Shown here in pieces: positions 1 to 9,051 of a stretch of 51,795 nucleotides of DNA. The DNA lies in the NCBI GenBank assembly GCA_010025385.1, contig RGTL01000001.1, forward strand, positions 1-51,795, in the 5' to 3' direction. The DNA is from Gammaproteobacteria bacterium (GTDB lineage Bacteria > Pseudomonadota > Gammaproteobacteria > Arenicellales > UBA868). The number at the start of each line of letters is the position of its first letter. The stretch's first letter is position 1. A program made the position numbers and the translations under genes. The notes beneath the pieces were generated by a model. That model searched no databases. It worked only from the letters and a program-made list of their open reading frames with translations, and was not told the DNA's origin.

Positions 1-84
1 GTACGCTTGCGCTTTATTTTTGGGGAGCGCATCGTCCGGAAGGGCTTTAAGCGCGTTGCCCGGCCGTCTAGCGTCGAACAGTAA
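1..84 (+). CDS. possible 3' end of a gene entering from the left edge
   Basis: Frame 1 is open from base 1 (VRLRFIFGERIVRKGFKRVARPSSVEQ) to TAA at 82-84; too short to identify. Confidence 0.3.
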   Translation, partial: VRLRFIFGERIVRKGFKRVARPSSVEQ

Positions 85-270
85 TTGAGCGGCAAGTTGG
101 GGATCAGACATCTTGTTATGTTCTATCTGGGGAAAGATTAGGGCTAAGTGTAGCCGACGGCAAAATGCAAAACTGTCCGCTAGGGCTAAGTTTCGCTGGT
201 CTGATGCCAGCCCGATGGATATTATTGCGCGCCTGATTCATTTTTTGCCGCGGCTTTGCCGACCTTTGAC

Positions 271-1277
271 ATGTCTTCTCTATTTGCACCGCTTCAGATT
301 CGAGGTCTGACGATCCCTAACCGTCTGGTGATCTCACCAATGTGCCAGTACAGCGCCGGGGATGGAATCGCCAATGACTGGCATCTGGTGCATCTAGGGA
401 AGTTCGCTCAAGGTGGTGCCGGCATTGTCTTTACCGAAGCGGCAGCGGTGCAAAGACGTGGGCGAATCACGCATGGCGATCTGGGAATCTGGTCCGATGC
501 GCATGGACAGGCTCTGGCAGGAATAACCGGGTTTATCCGAAGTATGGGGTCGACCTCCGCGATCCAATTAGCCCACGCGGGCCGCAAGGCGTCGATGCAG
601 CGCCCTTGGCACGGCAATGGGCCCTTGGGAGATGACGATCGGGCCCGAGGCGATGAACCGTGGAGCGTGGTTGCCCCATCTGCCATTCCGTTGGGCGATG
701 GCTGGCTGATGCCCGCTGAGATGACTGCTGAGGATATTGCCCGAGTGGTGGATGATTTTGCGGCAGCTGCCCGGCGATCCCATCACGCGGGTTTTGATAT
801 CGCAGAAATCCACGCAGCTCACGGATACCTGGCGGCGAGTTTTCTCTCGCCCATCAGTAATCACCGAAAAGACGGCTACGGTGGAGATCGTAAGGGACGC
901 TCTCGCATGCTGCTAGAGACGGTCGAAGCCGTCCGCGGCGAATGGCCGGCAGACAAGCCTCTGTTTGTGCGGGTCTCTGCGGTGGACGGGGCACCGGAGG
1001 GCTGGTCTCTTGATGACACGGTAGTGCTTGCGAAAGAGTTAAAAGGATTGGGTGTGGATGTTATCGATTGTTCTTCTGGGGGTATTCTCGGAGCCGCCAC
1101 GGCCGCTAAGGGTGCGCCACCGCCACTGGGTTTTCAGGTGCCGTTTGCCGAGGCCATCAAAAAGCAATCTGAACTCCTTACCCAGGCCGTGGGTAATGGC
1201 CACCGCAATACGGCTGGTGGCTCTCTCGGCGTGCCAAAGTGCTCGAGGCTATTGCGCAACAAGATTCGGCTTCCTAG
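271..1277 (+). pseudogene. NADH:flavin oxidoreductase (Old Yellow Enzyme, YqjM/NamA/XenA-like) with internal deletion and frameshift near 1195
   Basis: Motifs SPMCQYSA, QLAHAGRKAS, HAAHGYL, IDCSSGG. The frame degenerates after TQAVG, while the family-type C-terminus WPPQYGWWLSRR lies in another frame (1197-1277). Likely start ATG 271. Confidence 0.8.
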
Positions 1278-1322
1278 CCGCCCTTTTCGGCAGACATTAT
1301 TAATTTAAAGGAGATAAGAAGC

Positions 1323-2450
1323 ATGCAACCTGCTGTGGTTAGCTCTTGGAACGATTTTGATCCACTCAAACATGCCATTGTGGGCCGGGCTGATTTCACC
1401 TGCATTCCCCCGTCGGAGCCTGCGACAGAGGCAAAGGTGCCGGAAGACAGCGACATGCGAGGTATGTGGGGCCCAAGGCCGCTCGCAACGGTCGAGCGTG
1501 CCAACGTACAGCTCGATAACCTTGTAAACCTTTTAGAAAGTCGAGGTGTACGGGTCGATCGTCCCGAGCCGATCCAATGGAATCAGGCGGTCATTACGCC
1601 CGATTTTTCCACCGGCTCGATGTTTGGGTGTATGCCTCCGCGCGACGTGTTGCTCACAGTGGGGAAAGAAATTCTGTCTGCGCCTATGTCCTTTCGCTGC
1701 CGCTACTGGGAATTTTTGGCGTACCACTCCCTGATGCAGCGTTACTTTGATGAAGACCCCGAGTTCCGATGGGAGCAGGCACCGAGGCCGAGACTTTCTG
1801 ATCACTCGTACCAGGCCGGTTACTTTGATGAGATCACGATAGAGGAGCGTCTCAAGCGTACGGCGGCGCTTGATTTTGTAACGACGGAGCATGAACCGCT
1901 CTTTGATGCGGCTGACATTCTTCGTATCGGAAAGGATTTGTTCTGTCAGCATGGCCTCACGACCAATCGGCGTGGGATGCAGTGGCTGCAGCGGCATTTT
2001 CCCGATCATCGCGTGCACGCGGTGAATTTTCCTGGTGATCCTTACCCGATCCACATCGACGCCACGTTTGTGCCGCTGCGACCGGGTCTCATTATGAATA
2101 ACCCAAACCGCAAGCTACCGGACGCGCAACGTGAGATATTTGCCGCCAATGATTGGGAAATCGTTGATGCCGCGCAGCCGTCCAACGATCGTCCACCGCC
2201 ACTTTGCTACTCCAGTGTCTGGCTGTCGATGAACGTCTTGATTCTTGATCACAAAACGGTAATCGTAGAGGAGAGTGAATACCAGCAGGCCGAGCAGTTA
2301 GACAAGCTTGGTTTCGAGGTGCTGCCGCTCGCGTTCCGGGATGCGTATCCATTTGGTGGCGGTCTACACTGCGCCACTGCGGATGTATTGCGTGAGGGAA
2401 CGTGTGACGACTACTTCCCGATCCAGTCCGGGCCAACACGGGTCGGGTAA
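1323..2450 (+). CDS. L-arginine amidinotransferase (glycine/inosamine-phosphate amidinotransferase family)
   Basis: SWNDFDPL..IVG N-terminus, PRD, FDAAD, HIDATFVPLRPG and GGGLHC (Asp/His/Cys catalytic triad); SD AAGGAGA upstream. Confidence 0.9.
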   Translation: MQPAVVSSWNDFDPLKHAIVGRADFTCIPPSEPATEAKVPEDSDMRGMWGPRPLATVERANVQLDNLVNLLESRGVRVDRPEPIQWNQAVITPDFSTGSMFGCMPPRDVLLTVGKEILSAPMSFRCRYWEFLAYHSLMQRYFDEDPEFRWEQAPRPRLSDHSYQAGYFDEITIEERLKRTAALDFVTTEHEPLFDAADILRIGKDLFCQHGLTTNRRGMQWLQRHFPDHRVHAVNFPGDPYPIHIDATFVPLRPGLIMNNPNRKLPDAQREIFAANDWEIVDAAQPSNDRPPPLCYSSVWLSMNVLILDHKTVIVEESEYQQAEQLDKLGFEVLPLAFRDAYPFGGGLHCATADVLREGTCDDYFPIQSGPTRVG

Positions 2451-2473
2451 TCGGAGCAGAAAATTACCCAACC

Positions 2474-4228
2474 TTAACTTCTGGCTGACGGTGTGTATTC
2501 TCCTTTCAGCTGGCAAATGGAGCGACCGTCCTCGAGAACCGCATAAGCGCGAAGTGTTTCATCAGCGCCTAGTTTTGCATGCCCTCGCCAGCCAGCGTCA
2601 CTCACTGTTGGGAAAAGTCTCTCGACGTCAGGGCGACTGGCGCCAGGAAAAGCCAGCCCTGTTATCGTTTCGCCAGCGGCGAATAAGACGAGCCTCGGGG
2701 GTTTTTTAGAGGCCTGGTCGATCGCCCAACCCGATGTGCGATACCCGGACCTATCTGATGAGATTTCCCGCACCGTGTCTAGATAGCCTGCGCATCGATC
2801 GGAGTTCACGAGTGTGAATATCTTCGATAGCGTCTCACCGGGCAATGCAGAGAACCAAAGAGAATAGATGCCAAGACTATCCTGCTCCAGAACCTGAGCC
2901 TTCTCAAAGATATTCCATGGGTGTGGATGTAGTCTCCAAAAGATATCTTCATCATAGACTTCAGCGAGGATCGCAGTAGCGGCTTGTTTTTTTGTATTTC
3001 TCCAATCCTCCCTCAATTCCCAGAAGTTACTTTGGCTCACGATGACGCTTGAGATCATAAGTGTGCCCAAAAACGTGCCGCTAACTAGCCAGAATAGACG
3101 ATATCTCTTAGCCGCTTGGTAGGCAACAATACAAGTGGCGCAAATCGCGAGCCAAAAAACTAGAGCGGGCGTCGCGTACCGACCAGTCGCTGCTTGGGTC
3201 AGCCCAAAGTCAACACGGCCGAGAGCAGTGGCGATCGCCGAGCCCAATATGAACATTACTATCAAGACCAGAGTAGTTGAATATCTGTCTTTGAAGATGT
3301 TTCTTTTCTGATCCATCACAGCAGTGCTGAAGAGGATCATAGCGAGAGCGATTCCTGCGAGCCCCACTGCGCTTGCATATTCTGGCCAATGAGGGGAGAG
3401 AGGATGGCCTAAGTAGATGGATACGTATTCGATAATCGGCCATAGGGTATTGATCGTTTCGGAGGGGTGAGAATGGCCTGGCGGGAACTGGAAATCGTGG
3501 AAGTAAGTGGCCCAGACGCTGATACCCGTGATTGCAATTATGGTTAACTTTCTCATGGAGAGCCGACCTATCAGTCCCGCAAAAAATGCAACGGGCCACG
3601 TGAGAAGCCCGTTAGACATGGTCAAGGTAGCGGCCATACAAAGACAAAGCCCTCCGATAAAGCAGATGATCTCTTTCTTCCTGGCTCTAGGGCTATAGGC
3701 CGCAACATCCGTCGGAAAAAGATAGAAGAATCCCCAGGAAGCAAGCGCAAACACGCCGACGAATTGCAATTGAAAGGGGGTCTTCAAATTATCAAACTGA
3801 AGTACCGAGAACATAATTGCGACAATCACGCTTGTCACGGCGATTGCTTGCCAAGATTGATACTCGAGAGACTTATTTACGAGCTTTGCAAGAAAAATAG
3901 CATGACCCAGTTGCACCAAAAAAAGAATAGTGAGGGTTAGGAGACCGGCGCCGTGAAACCATCGAAGATCAGAGAAGAAAATTACTCTCGGTAATGCAAT
4001 TCGGTGTTCATTGTGTTGACTTAAAAGCACCTCAAAGAAAGAGTCTTTTTTGACTGCTTCCCACCGCGAGAGTTCATCCCATTCGTCATAGAAGGGGACG
4101 GGGAGATAATCGTGGAAGGTCATCCCCAAAGCAGCGGCTACGGTAGTAATTGCAACCCCAGCTAACGAGATAATAAAAATTGCTAACGGAAAATTTATGA
4201 GTACTCTACGAGTTATATAAGAGGCCAT
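2474..4228 (-). CDS. polytopic membrane protein, probable GT-C type (GtrII/GtrC-like) glycosyltransferase
   Basis: About 10-12 hydrophobic segments, YDEW and QHNEHR motifs in the first loop, RY motif, soluble C-terminal domain; directly downstream of a GT2. Start probably ATG 4228 or 4240. Confidence 0.6.
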   Translation of the reverse strand: MASYITRRVLINFPLAIFIISLAGVAITTVAAALGMTFHDYLPVPFYDEWDELSRWEAVKKDSFFEVLLSQHNEHRIALPRVIFFSDLRWFHGAGLLTLTILFLVQLGHAIFLAKLVNKSLEYQSWQAIAVTSVIVAIMFSVLQFDNLKTPFQLQFVGVFALASWGFFYLFPTDVAAYSPRARKKEIICFIGGLCLCMAATLTMSNGLLTWPVAFFAGLIGRLSMRKLTIIAITGISVWATYFHDFQFPPGHSHPSETINTLWPIIEYVSIYLGHPLSPHWPEYASAVGLAGIALAMILFSTAVMDQKRNIFKDRYSTTLVLIVMFILGSAIATALGRVDFGLTQAATGRYATPALVFWLAICATCIVAYQAAKRYRLFWLVSGTFLGTLMISSVIVSQSNFWELREDWRNTKKQAATAILAEVYDEDIFWRLHPHPWNIFEKAQVLEQDSLGIYSLWFSALPGETLSKIFTLVNSDRCAGYLDTVREISSDRSGYRTSGWAIDQASKKPPRLVLFAAGETITGLAFPGASRPDVERLFPTVSDAGWRGHAKLGADETLRAYAVLEDGRSICQLKGEYTPSARS

Positions 4229-4242
4229 GCTCCGGCGCATAT

Positions 4243-5058
4243 TTAGCGATGCCACACTTGCAGATGGGTTTCTTGGTGTTGGCCGCGATCGATTTGTCCG
4301 TGGCGAGCAAGACGATTTTCTAGCCAACAGTAGAAAATGATGAACAGATAGGCGCTCGATACTTCGTCCACCTTAAACTTTGAGACACCTTCTTTACGGT
4401 TGTACCAATTATTGGAGAGGATCTTGAACGAGTAACCTCGAACCATCGCCTTTAATGGGAGTTCAACAGTTAAGTTGAAGCCATAGGAAAGTAGAGGCTG
4501 AAGGCCTGCAATAACATGCCGACCGTAGAGTTTGAATGCGTTAGTAGTATCGTTGTAACGGGTTAAGAAGAGTAGGCGAATCAGCTGATTGCCAAGGCGA
4601 TTCAGGAGTCGTTTCGCGACCGGATAATCTACAACCTTGCTGTTACGCGAGAAGCGGGTTCCAAAAACACAGTCAGCTCCAGATTCGAAGGCACGATAGA
4701 ACCGTACAAGGTCGTTGGGATCATCGGAGCCATCCGCCATCACTATTGCCACGCAGTCACCCCTAAACTGGGTTAGACCGAGTCGGACTGCGTAACCAAA
4801 TCCGTTTGGGGGGGCGTTGTTTAGGAAGCGGACACGTTCATCTGAGAGCGCTTCGAGTATCGCTTGAGTTTGATCGGTTGAGTTATCGTTGATTACAAGG
4901 ATTTCATAGTTGACAACCGCGTCTTCGAGTGCTCTTCGTAAGCTCCGTATGGTCTCTGCGATATGTCCCTCCTCGTTATGCGCCGGAATGACAACCGAGA
5001 GCAGATTTGGAACTCCAGAGCTCTGCCATTCCGATAGAGATTGTACGGTTATGGGCAT
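4243..5058 (-). CDS. GT2 glycosyltransferase, DPM-synthase/GtrB-like polyprenyl-phosphate glycosyltransferase
   Basis: SVVIPAHNEE, INDNSTD, NGFGYA, MADGSDDP, FGTRF, DTTNAFK motifs. Confidence 0.88.
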   Translation of the reverse strand: MPITVQSLSEWQSSGVPNLLSVVIPAHNEEGHIAETIRSLRRALEDAVVNYEILVINDNSTDQTQAILEALSDERVRFLNNAPPNGFGYAVRLGLTQFRGDCVAIVMADGSDDPNDLVRFYRAFESGADCVFGTRFSRNSKVVDYPVAKRLLNRLGNQLIRLLFLTRYNDTTNAFKLYGRHVIAGLQPLLSYGFNLTVELPLKAMVRGYSFKILSNNWYNRKEGVSKFKVDEVSSAYLFIIFYCWLENRLARHGQIDRGQHQETHLQVWHR

Positions 5059-5067
5059 GGCTTGAAC

Positions 5068-6126
5068 TTAGAGGCGCTCAGACTGGCCCTCGATAACTGC
5101 TTCCATGATCTGGTGCATGTTATGCGTGATTGACCAGTTGGGGTAATGGCGCTCAAATTTCGAGATATCACTAATCCACCACATGTGGTCTCCCACTCGA
5201 TTGGTCTCAGAGTAGGTCCAGTTAAAGACTTTTCCGGTTATTTGTTCTGCCATCGAAATGGCCTCGAGCATGGAACAGTTGGCACGCCGCCCTCCCCCGA
5301 TATTGTAAATTTCCGCGACTCGTGGATTCTTGAAGAAATGCCAGAATGCGTTTACCAGGTCTGCCGAGTGGATGTTATCTCGAACCTGTTTGCCCTGATA
5401 TCCGAAGACGGTGTATTGATCTCCGGTAAGAGCGCATTTCGCGAGATACGCTAGGAATCCGTGCAACTCAGCCCCTGAATGCCCTGGTCCGGTGAGACAT
5501 CCCCCCCGAAAACATGCCGTAGGCATGTCAAAATAACGGCCGTACTCCTGAACAAGAAGATCGGCAGAAGCCTTAGAGGCGCCGAAAAGACTGTGAAGCG
5601 TGTTATCGATACTCATCGACTCGTCGATGCCTCTCTCGTAAAAAGAATGGTCGTCCAAAACCTCCCAACGTGTTGGGAGTTCCACGAGGGGTAAGCGGTT
5701 TGGCGTATCCCCGTACACCTTATTGGTGCTTGTGAAAATAAACGGCGCCCGCGGACAGAATTCGCGCGTCAACTCCAGAAGATTGAGGGTGCCCACAGCG
5801 TTCACGCTAAAGTCAGTTAACGGCTCTTTTGCAGCCCAGTCGTGTGAAGGTTGAGCTGCAGTGTGGAGAACGATTTGAATCGAAGTTCCATAACGTCCGA
5901 AAAGCGCCCTTAGCGCCTTAACGTCGCGAATATCGACCGACTCGTGGACGTAGTTGGGAAGTGATGCTTGCAATTGGTCTTGGCTCCATCGCGTACTCGC
6001 GCTCGCGCCAAAAAAATATGCCCTCATGTCATTGTCAATGCCGACAACATCCATTCCTTTGTCAGCGAACAGTCGCACCGCCTCAGCGCCAATGAGCCCC
6101 GCGGACCCTGTAACTATTGCAACCAT
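5068..6126 (-). CDS. NAD-dependent epimerase/dehydratase, CDP-paratose 2-epimerase (RfbE)-like
   Basis: [35 protein letters not shown]; the YxxxK position reads FGASK. Confidence 0.85.
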   Translation of the reverse strand: MVAIVTGSAGLIGAEAVRLFADKGMDVVGIDNDMRAYFFGASASTRWSQDQLQASLPNYVHESVDIRDVKALRALFGRYGTSIQIVLHTAAQPSHDWAAKEPLTDFSVNAVGTLNLLELTREFCPRAPFIFTSTNKVYGDTPNRLPLVELPTRWEVLDDHSFYERGIDESMSIDNTLHSLFGASKASADLLVQEYGRYFDMPTACFRGGCLTGPGHSGAELHGFLAYLAKCALTGDQYTVFGYQGKQVRDNIHSADLVNAFWHFFKNPRVAEIYNIGGGRRANCSMLEAISMAEQITGKVFNWTYSETNRVGDHMWWISDISKFERHYPNWSITHNMHQIMEAVIEGQSERL

Positions 6127-6150
6127 AGTCGATACAAACCTCTACTTTTA

Positions 6151-7224
6151 TTATTTAAGAATCGGCTCGAGCTGTTGTCGGTGATCGCGCAGCCAAGCGA
6201 ATATTTCTGCAAGAATGGTTTCCACTGGGATCGTTGGTGTCCATCCGATCGCATCTGAGATCAGCGAGTGGTCGCTAATGTACCAAGGGATATCGGCAGG
6301 GCGTGTTGCTGAGTCACTTTGAATATCGACTTTGGATTCTGACATCAGTTCACAAATTTGCGTTAGCTCGCGGAGGGATACTGAAGTGTTTAATCCTCCT
6401 CCAAGGTTGAAGGCTTGACCCGACAATTCACCAATCCTGGTGAGCTGCAACTTGATCGCGCGATAAAGATCTGCGATGTGAAGAATATCTCGAACCTGGT
6501 GACCCGCTCCTCCAAACCCCATGTAACTGAGTGCCCCTCCGTACAGGTGCCTTGCGGCCCAAAGCACCACAAAGCCCTGATCGACTTTTCCCATTTGCCA
6601 CGGCCCCGTAAGAACGCCACAACGGTTAGTAATACCGCGAAGGCCATACATATCAAGATATTCGGAGATGAGCAGCTCCGATGCGAGTTTCGTCGCCCCG
6701 TAAAGAGATCTTGGTCCGATTAATGGAAAATTCTCCGCTATTCCAGACCGTCCCCAACCGACTCCAGTTTCTTTCTTGGAAAGCGAGAACCGACTGCCGT
6801 CTTGGTCAAGAGGAAGGTCGCGCAAGGGCTTTATCGGGTAAACACGACTGGTCGAGAGGAAGACTATATCGGCCTCATGCGCACGGGCCGCTTCCAAACA
6901 ATGTGTGGTGCCCGTGAGGTTTGTGTTGATTAAATAAGACGGACTGGACCCATAGCCCGCATGGACCGACGGCTCAGCTGAACACTCAATCAGAAGGTCA
7001 AAGCTCCCGACGGAGGCGAGATCTTCAGGGTTGCGGATATCACCATGTGTGAACTCAACGCCGTTGTTGGCTAGGCGATTGAGGGATAGCTCGGATCCGC
7101 GTCGCTTTAAATTATCAAGCGCGGTGACGCGGATATCCTGGAAGTCCTGCTTGAAAAGTATTCCTAAATTAGAGCCAACAAAGCCCGCTCCCCCTGAAAT
7201 AAGGATATGTTTGTGATTCATCAA
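6151..7224 (-). CDS. NAD-dependent epimerase/dehydratase, RfbE-like paralog
   Basis: SGGAGFVG, STSRVY, YGATK, GHQVRDILH. Confidence 0.85.
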   Translation of the reverse strand: MMNHKHILISGGAGFVGSNLGILFKQDFQDIRVTALDNLKRRGSELSLNRLANNGVEFTHGDIRNPEDLASVGSFDLLIECSAEPSVHAGYGSSPSYLINTNLTGTTHCLEAARAHEADIVFLSTSRVYPIKPLRDLPLDQDGSRFSLSKKETGVGWGRSGIAENFPLIGPRSLYGATKLASELLISEYLDMYGLRGITNRCGVLTGPWQMGKVDQGFVVLWAARHLYGGALSYMGFGGAGHQVRDILHIADLYRAIKLQLTRIGELSGQAFNLGGGLNTSVSLRELTQICELMSESKVDIQSDSATRPADIPWYISDHSLISDAIGWTPTIPVETILAEIFAWLRDHRQQLEPILK

Positions 7225-7321
7225 GATTGATCCGGTCAGCGCGTTCCCAAGTCAGATTAGACTCAAAACTTGGGCGTACTTTACCAGTGGATCAACAGAT
7301 AGCGAAAAGCGTGAGGATGCC

Positions 7322-8133
7322 TTAGTGTGCCTTCGACTGGTGGGCTGCGTGCATCATAGCGATTGCTCGCCCGGCGACAGCGGTTAATACGAGTCCACCC
7401 CCCAATAATGCCAACATAGAGGGGCGCTCACCGAAGCCGACCCAGACCCACATCGGCCCGAGGATGAATTCGATCAGCGTGATCAGCATGATTTCGGCGC
7501 CCGGTACATGGCGGGAGCCTTGAATAAACAGAAAGTGCACCACGGTGACAATGCCGCCACCCCAAAAAAGACAAAGCAGTCCGTCGTGAAGCGTCAAATG
7601 GTAGTCCCAGTCGGCTCCCGCAAGTCCCAAATCACAAACAAAGAGAAGAAGAAAGCGCACAGCAGGGCGAGTAAATTGCCCAAAATGGTTCCACCGCCTA
7701 GGCCGTCAGCGACCATCAAGCCGATGCCTGCCATGGCAAAGACGATCGCTATAAGCGTGGTCCGTGACAGGCGCTCTCGTAGGATTATCCAGGCAAGGAC
7801 AGCCGTAATCAGCGGCGATGCGCTTAGGGTGAAAAGCGCGTTCGCTACGGTTGTATGGACCATTGCAAGAATGACCGTTGGGTTGGCAAGACCCAGGCAG
7901 ACCCCCGCTGCAAGGCCTACCCATCCGGCATCTACGAACATTCGGATCAGGTGTCCCCGATATCGAATGGCAAGCACCAGCAGAATCGCTGGTGTGAAAA
8001 AGATCTGCCGCCCGAAAATGACCTGCCATTCGTTAGCCGATTCGATGCTTCGCAGCATGAACCCGTTAATTGAGATCAATAGACTGCTGCTGGCTATGAG
8101 CAGGACCGCGTATCGTTGAGAAGGGCTTTCCAT
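7322..8133 (-). pseudogene. EamA/DMT family transporter, frameshifted with internal deletion near 7630
   Basis: N-terminal EamA half in 7594..8136 and C-terminal half (GAEIMLITLIEFILGPMWVW..GERPS) in 7322..7660 in another frame; about 23 residues short relative to the adjacent paralog. Confidence 0.8.
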
Positions 8134-8140
8134 CAAAAGG

Positions 8141-9013
8141 TCATCGCGCGTGGATCGGCCGCCGACCTTGCCGCAGCGTGACTATGGAGAGCGCGATAAG
8201 CGTTAGGAATATGATCGCGCCGCCGATCAGGGTCTGCATGCTGGGCATTTCCTCGAGAACTAGCCATACCCATAAAGGGGCCAGCAGAACCTCCAGACGC
8301 ATGACAAGGCTTACTTCCGGCGCGGACAGGTAACGCGGACTAAGAGCGATCATGCCCATGCTTATCGGAACAATAAACAGACATAAAAGGATGGTGAGCG
8401 CGAATGTCTGCCCGGCAACGCTCGACGGACTGGCAAGGGGTAGCACAATCAGCGAGACCAGAATTCCACTCCATGCGAGCGACGGCAGCATGCTGACTTC
8501 GCGGTGCCGCTGAATCATGACGAAGCAAAAGGCCAGCGCACAGCTGGCTGCGAATGCGGAGAGGTCACCCGGCATCCTCCCGGTTTCGAGGCTTCCCAGA
8601 AAAACGATCGCAAGACCAATCGCAATAGCCATCGCAGCAATCCAGGTGGTCGCAGCGGTTCGCTGATTAAACAACGCAAACCCGAGCAAGGCGGCAATCA
8701 GGGGCGAGCTGCTCATGATCACAAGCGCGTTGGCCACGGCTGTGTTCAGGATAGCAAAAACAAACGCGAGGGCGCTAACCGCAAAGCTGAGGGCCACCCA
8801 CGCGCCATGGGCTCCCACCCGGAGCATGGCGCGAAGGGGTAACTGGCGTTCAATCAGGCCAATCATCACCAGCAGTCCTAGCGCAGACAGACTGCCTCGC
8901 CAGAAGACCATCGTCCAAACGTCGGCATTGATTAATCGAAGAATCAAACTATCCGGACTCAGCAGGACGATCCCGCCGAGTGACAGTGCCAAGCCTTTGA
9001 GTCGATCCGTCAT
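8141..9013 (-). CDS. EamA/DMT family transporter
   Basis: About ten TM segments, SPDSLILR, FWRG, TAVANALV, PEVSLVMRLEVLLAPLWVW; probable start ATG 9013. Confidence 0.85.
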   Translation of the reverse strand: MTDRLKGLALSLGGIVLLSPDSLILRLINADVWTMVFWRGSLSALGLLVMIGLIERQLPLRAMLRVGAHGAWVALSFAVSALAFVFAILNTAVANALVIMSSSPLIAALLGFALFNQRTAATTWIAAMAIAIGLAIVFLGSLETGRMPGDLSAFAASCALAFCFVMIQRHREVSMLPSLAWSGILVSLIVLPLASPSSVAGQTFALTILLCLFIVPISMGMIALSPRYLSAPEVSLVMRLEVLLAPLWVWLVLEEMPSMQTLIGGAIIFLTLIALSIVTLRQGRRPIHAR

Positions 9014-9051
9014 CTTGATTTCGCTGAGGTTCAGATCATTAGTCAGTGGGG

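Noticed and set aside
7594-7660. Programmed ribosomal frameshifting to explain the split EamA, OYE or YeeE genes
   Set aside because: Coding sequence is missing at each junction, so a frameshift alone would not restore the protein, and no convincing slippery heptamer with a stimulator is present.
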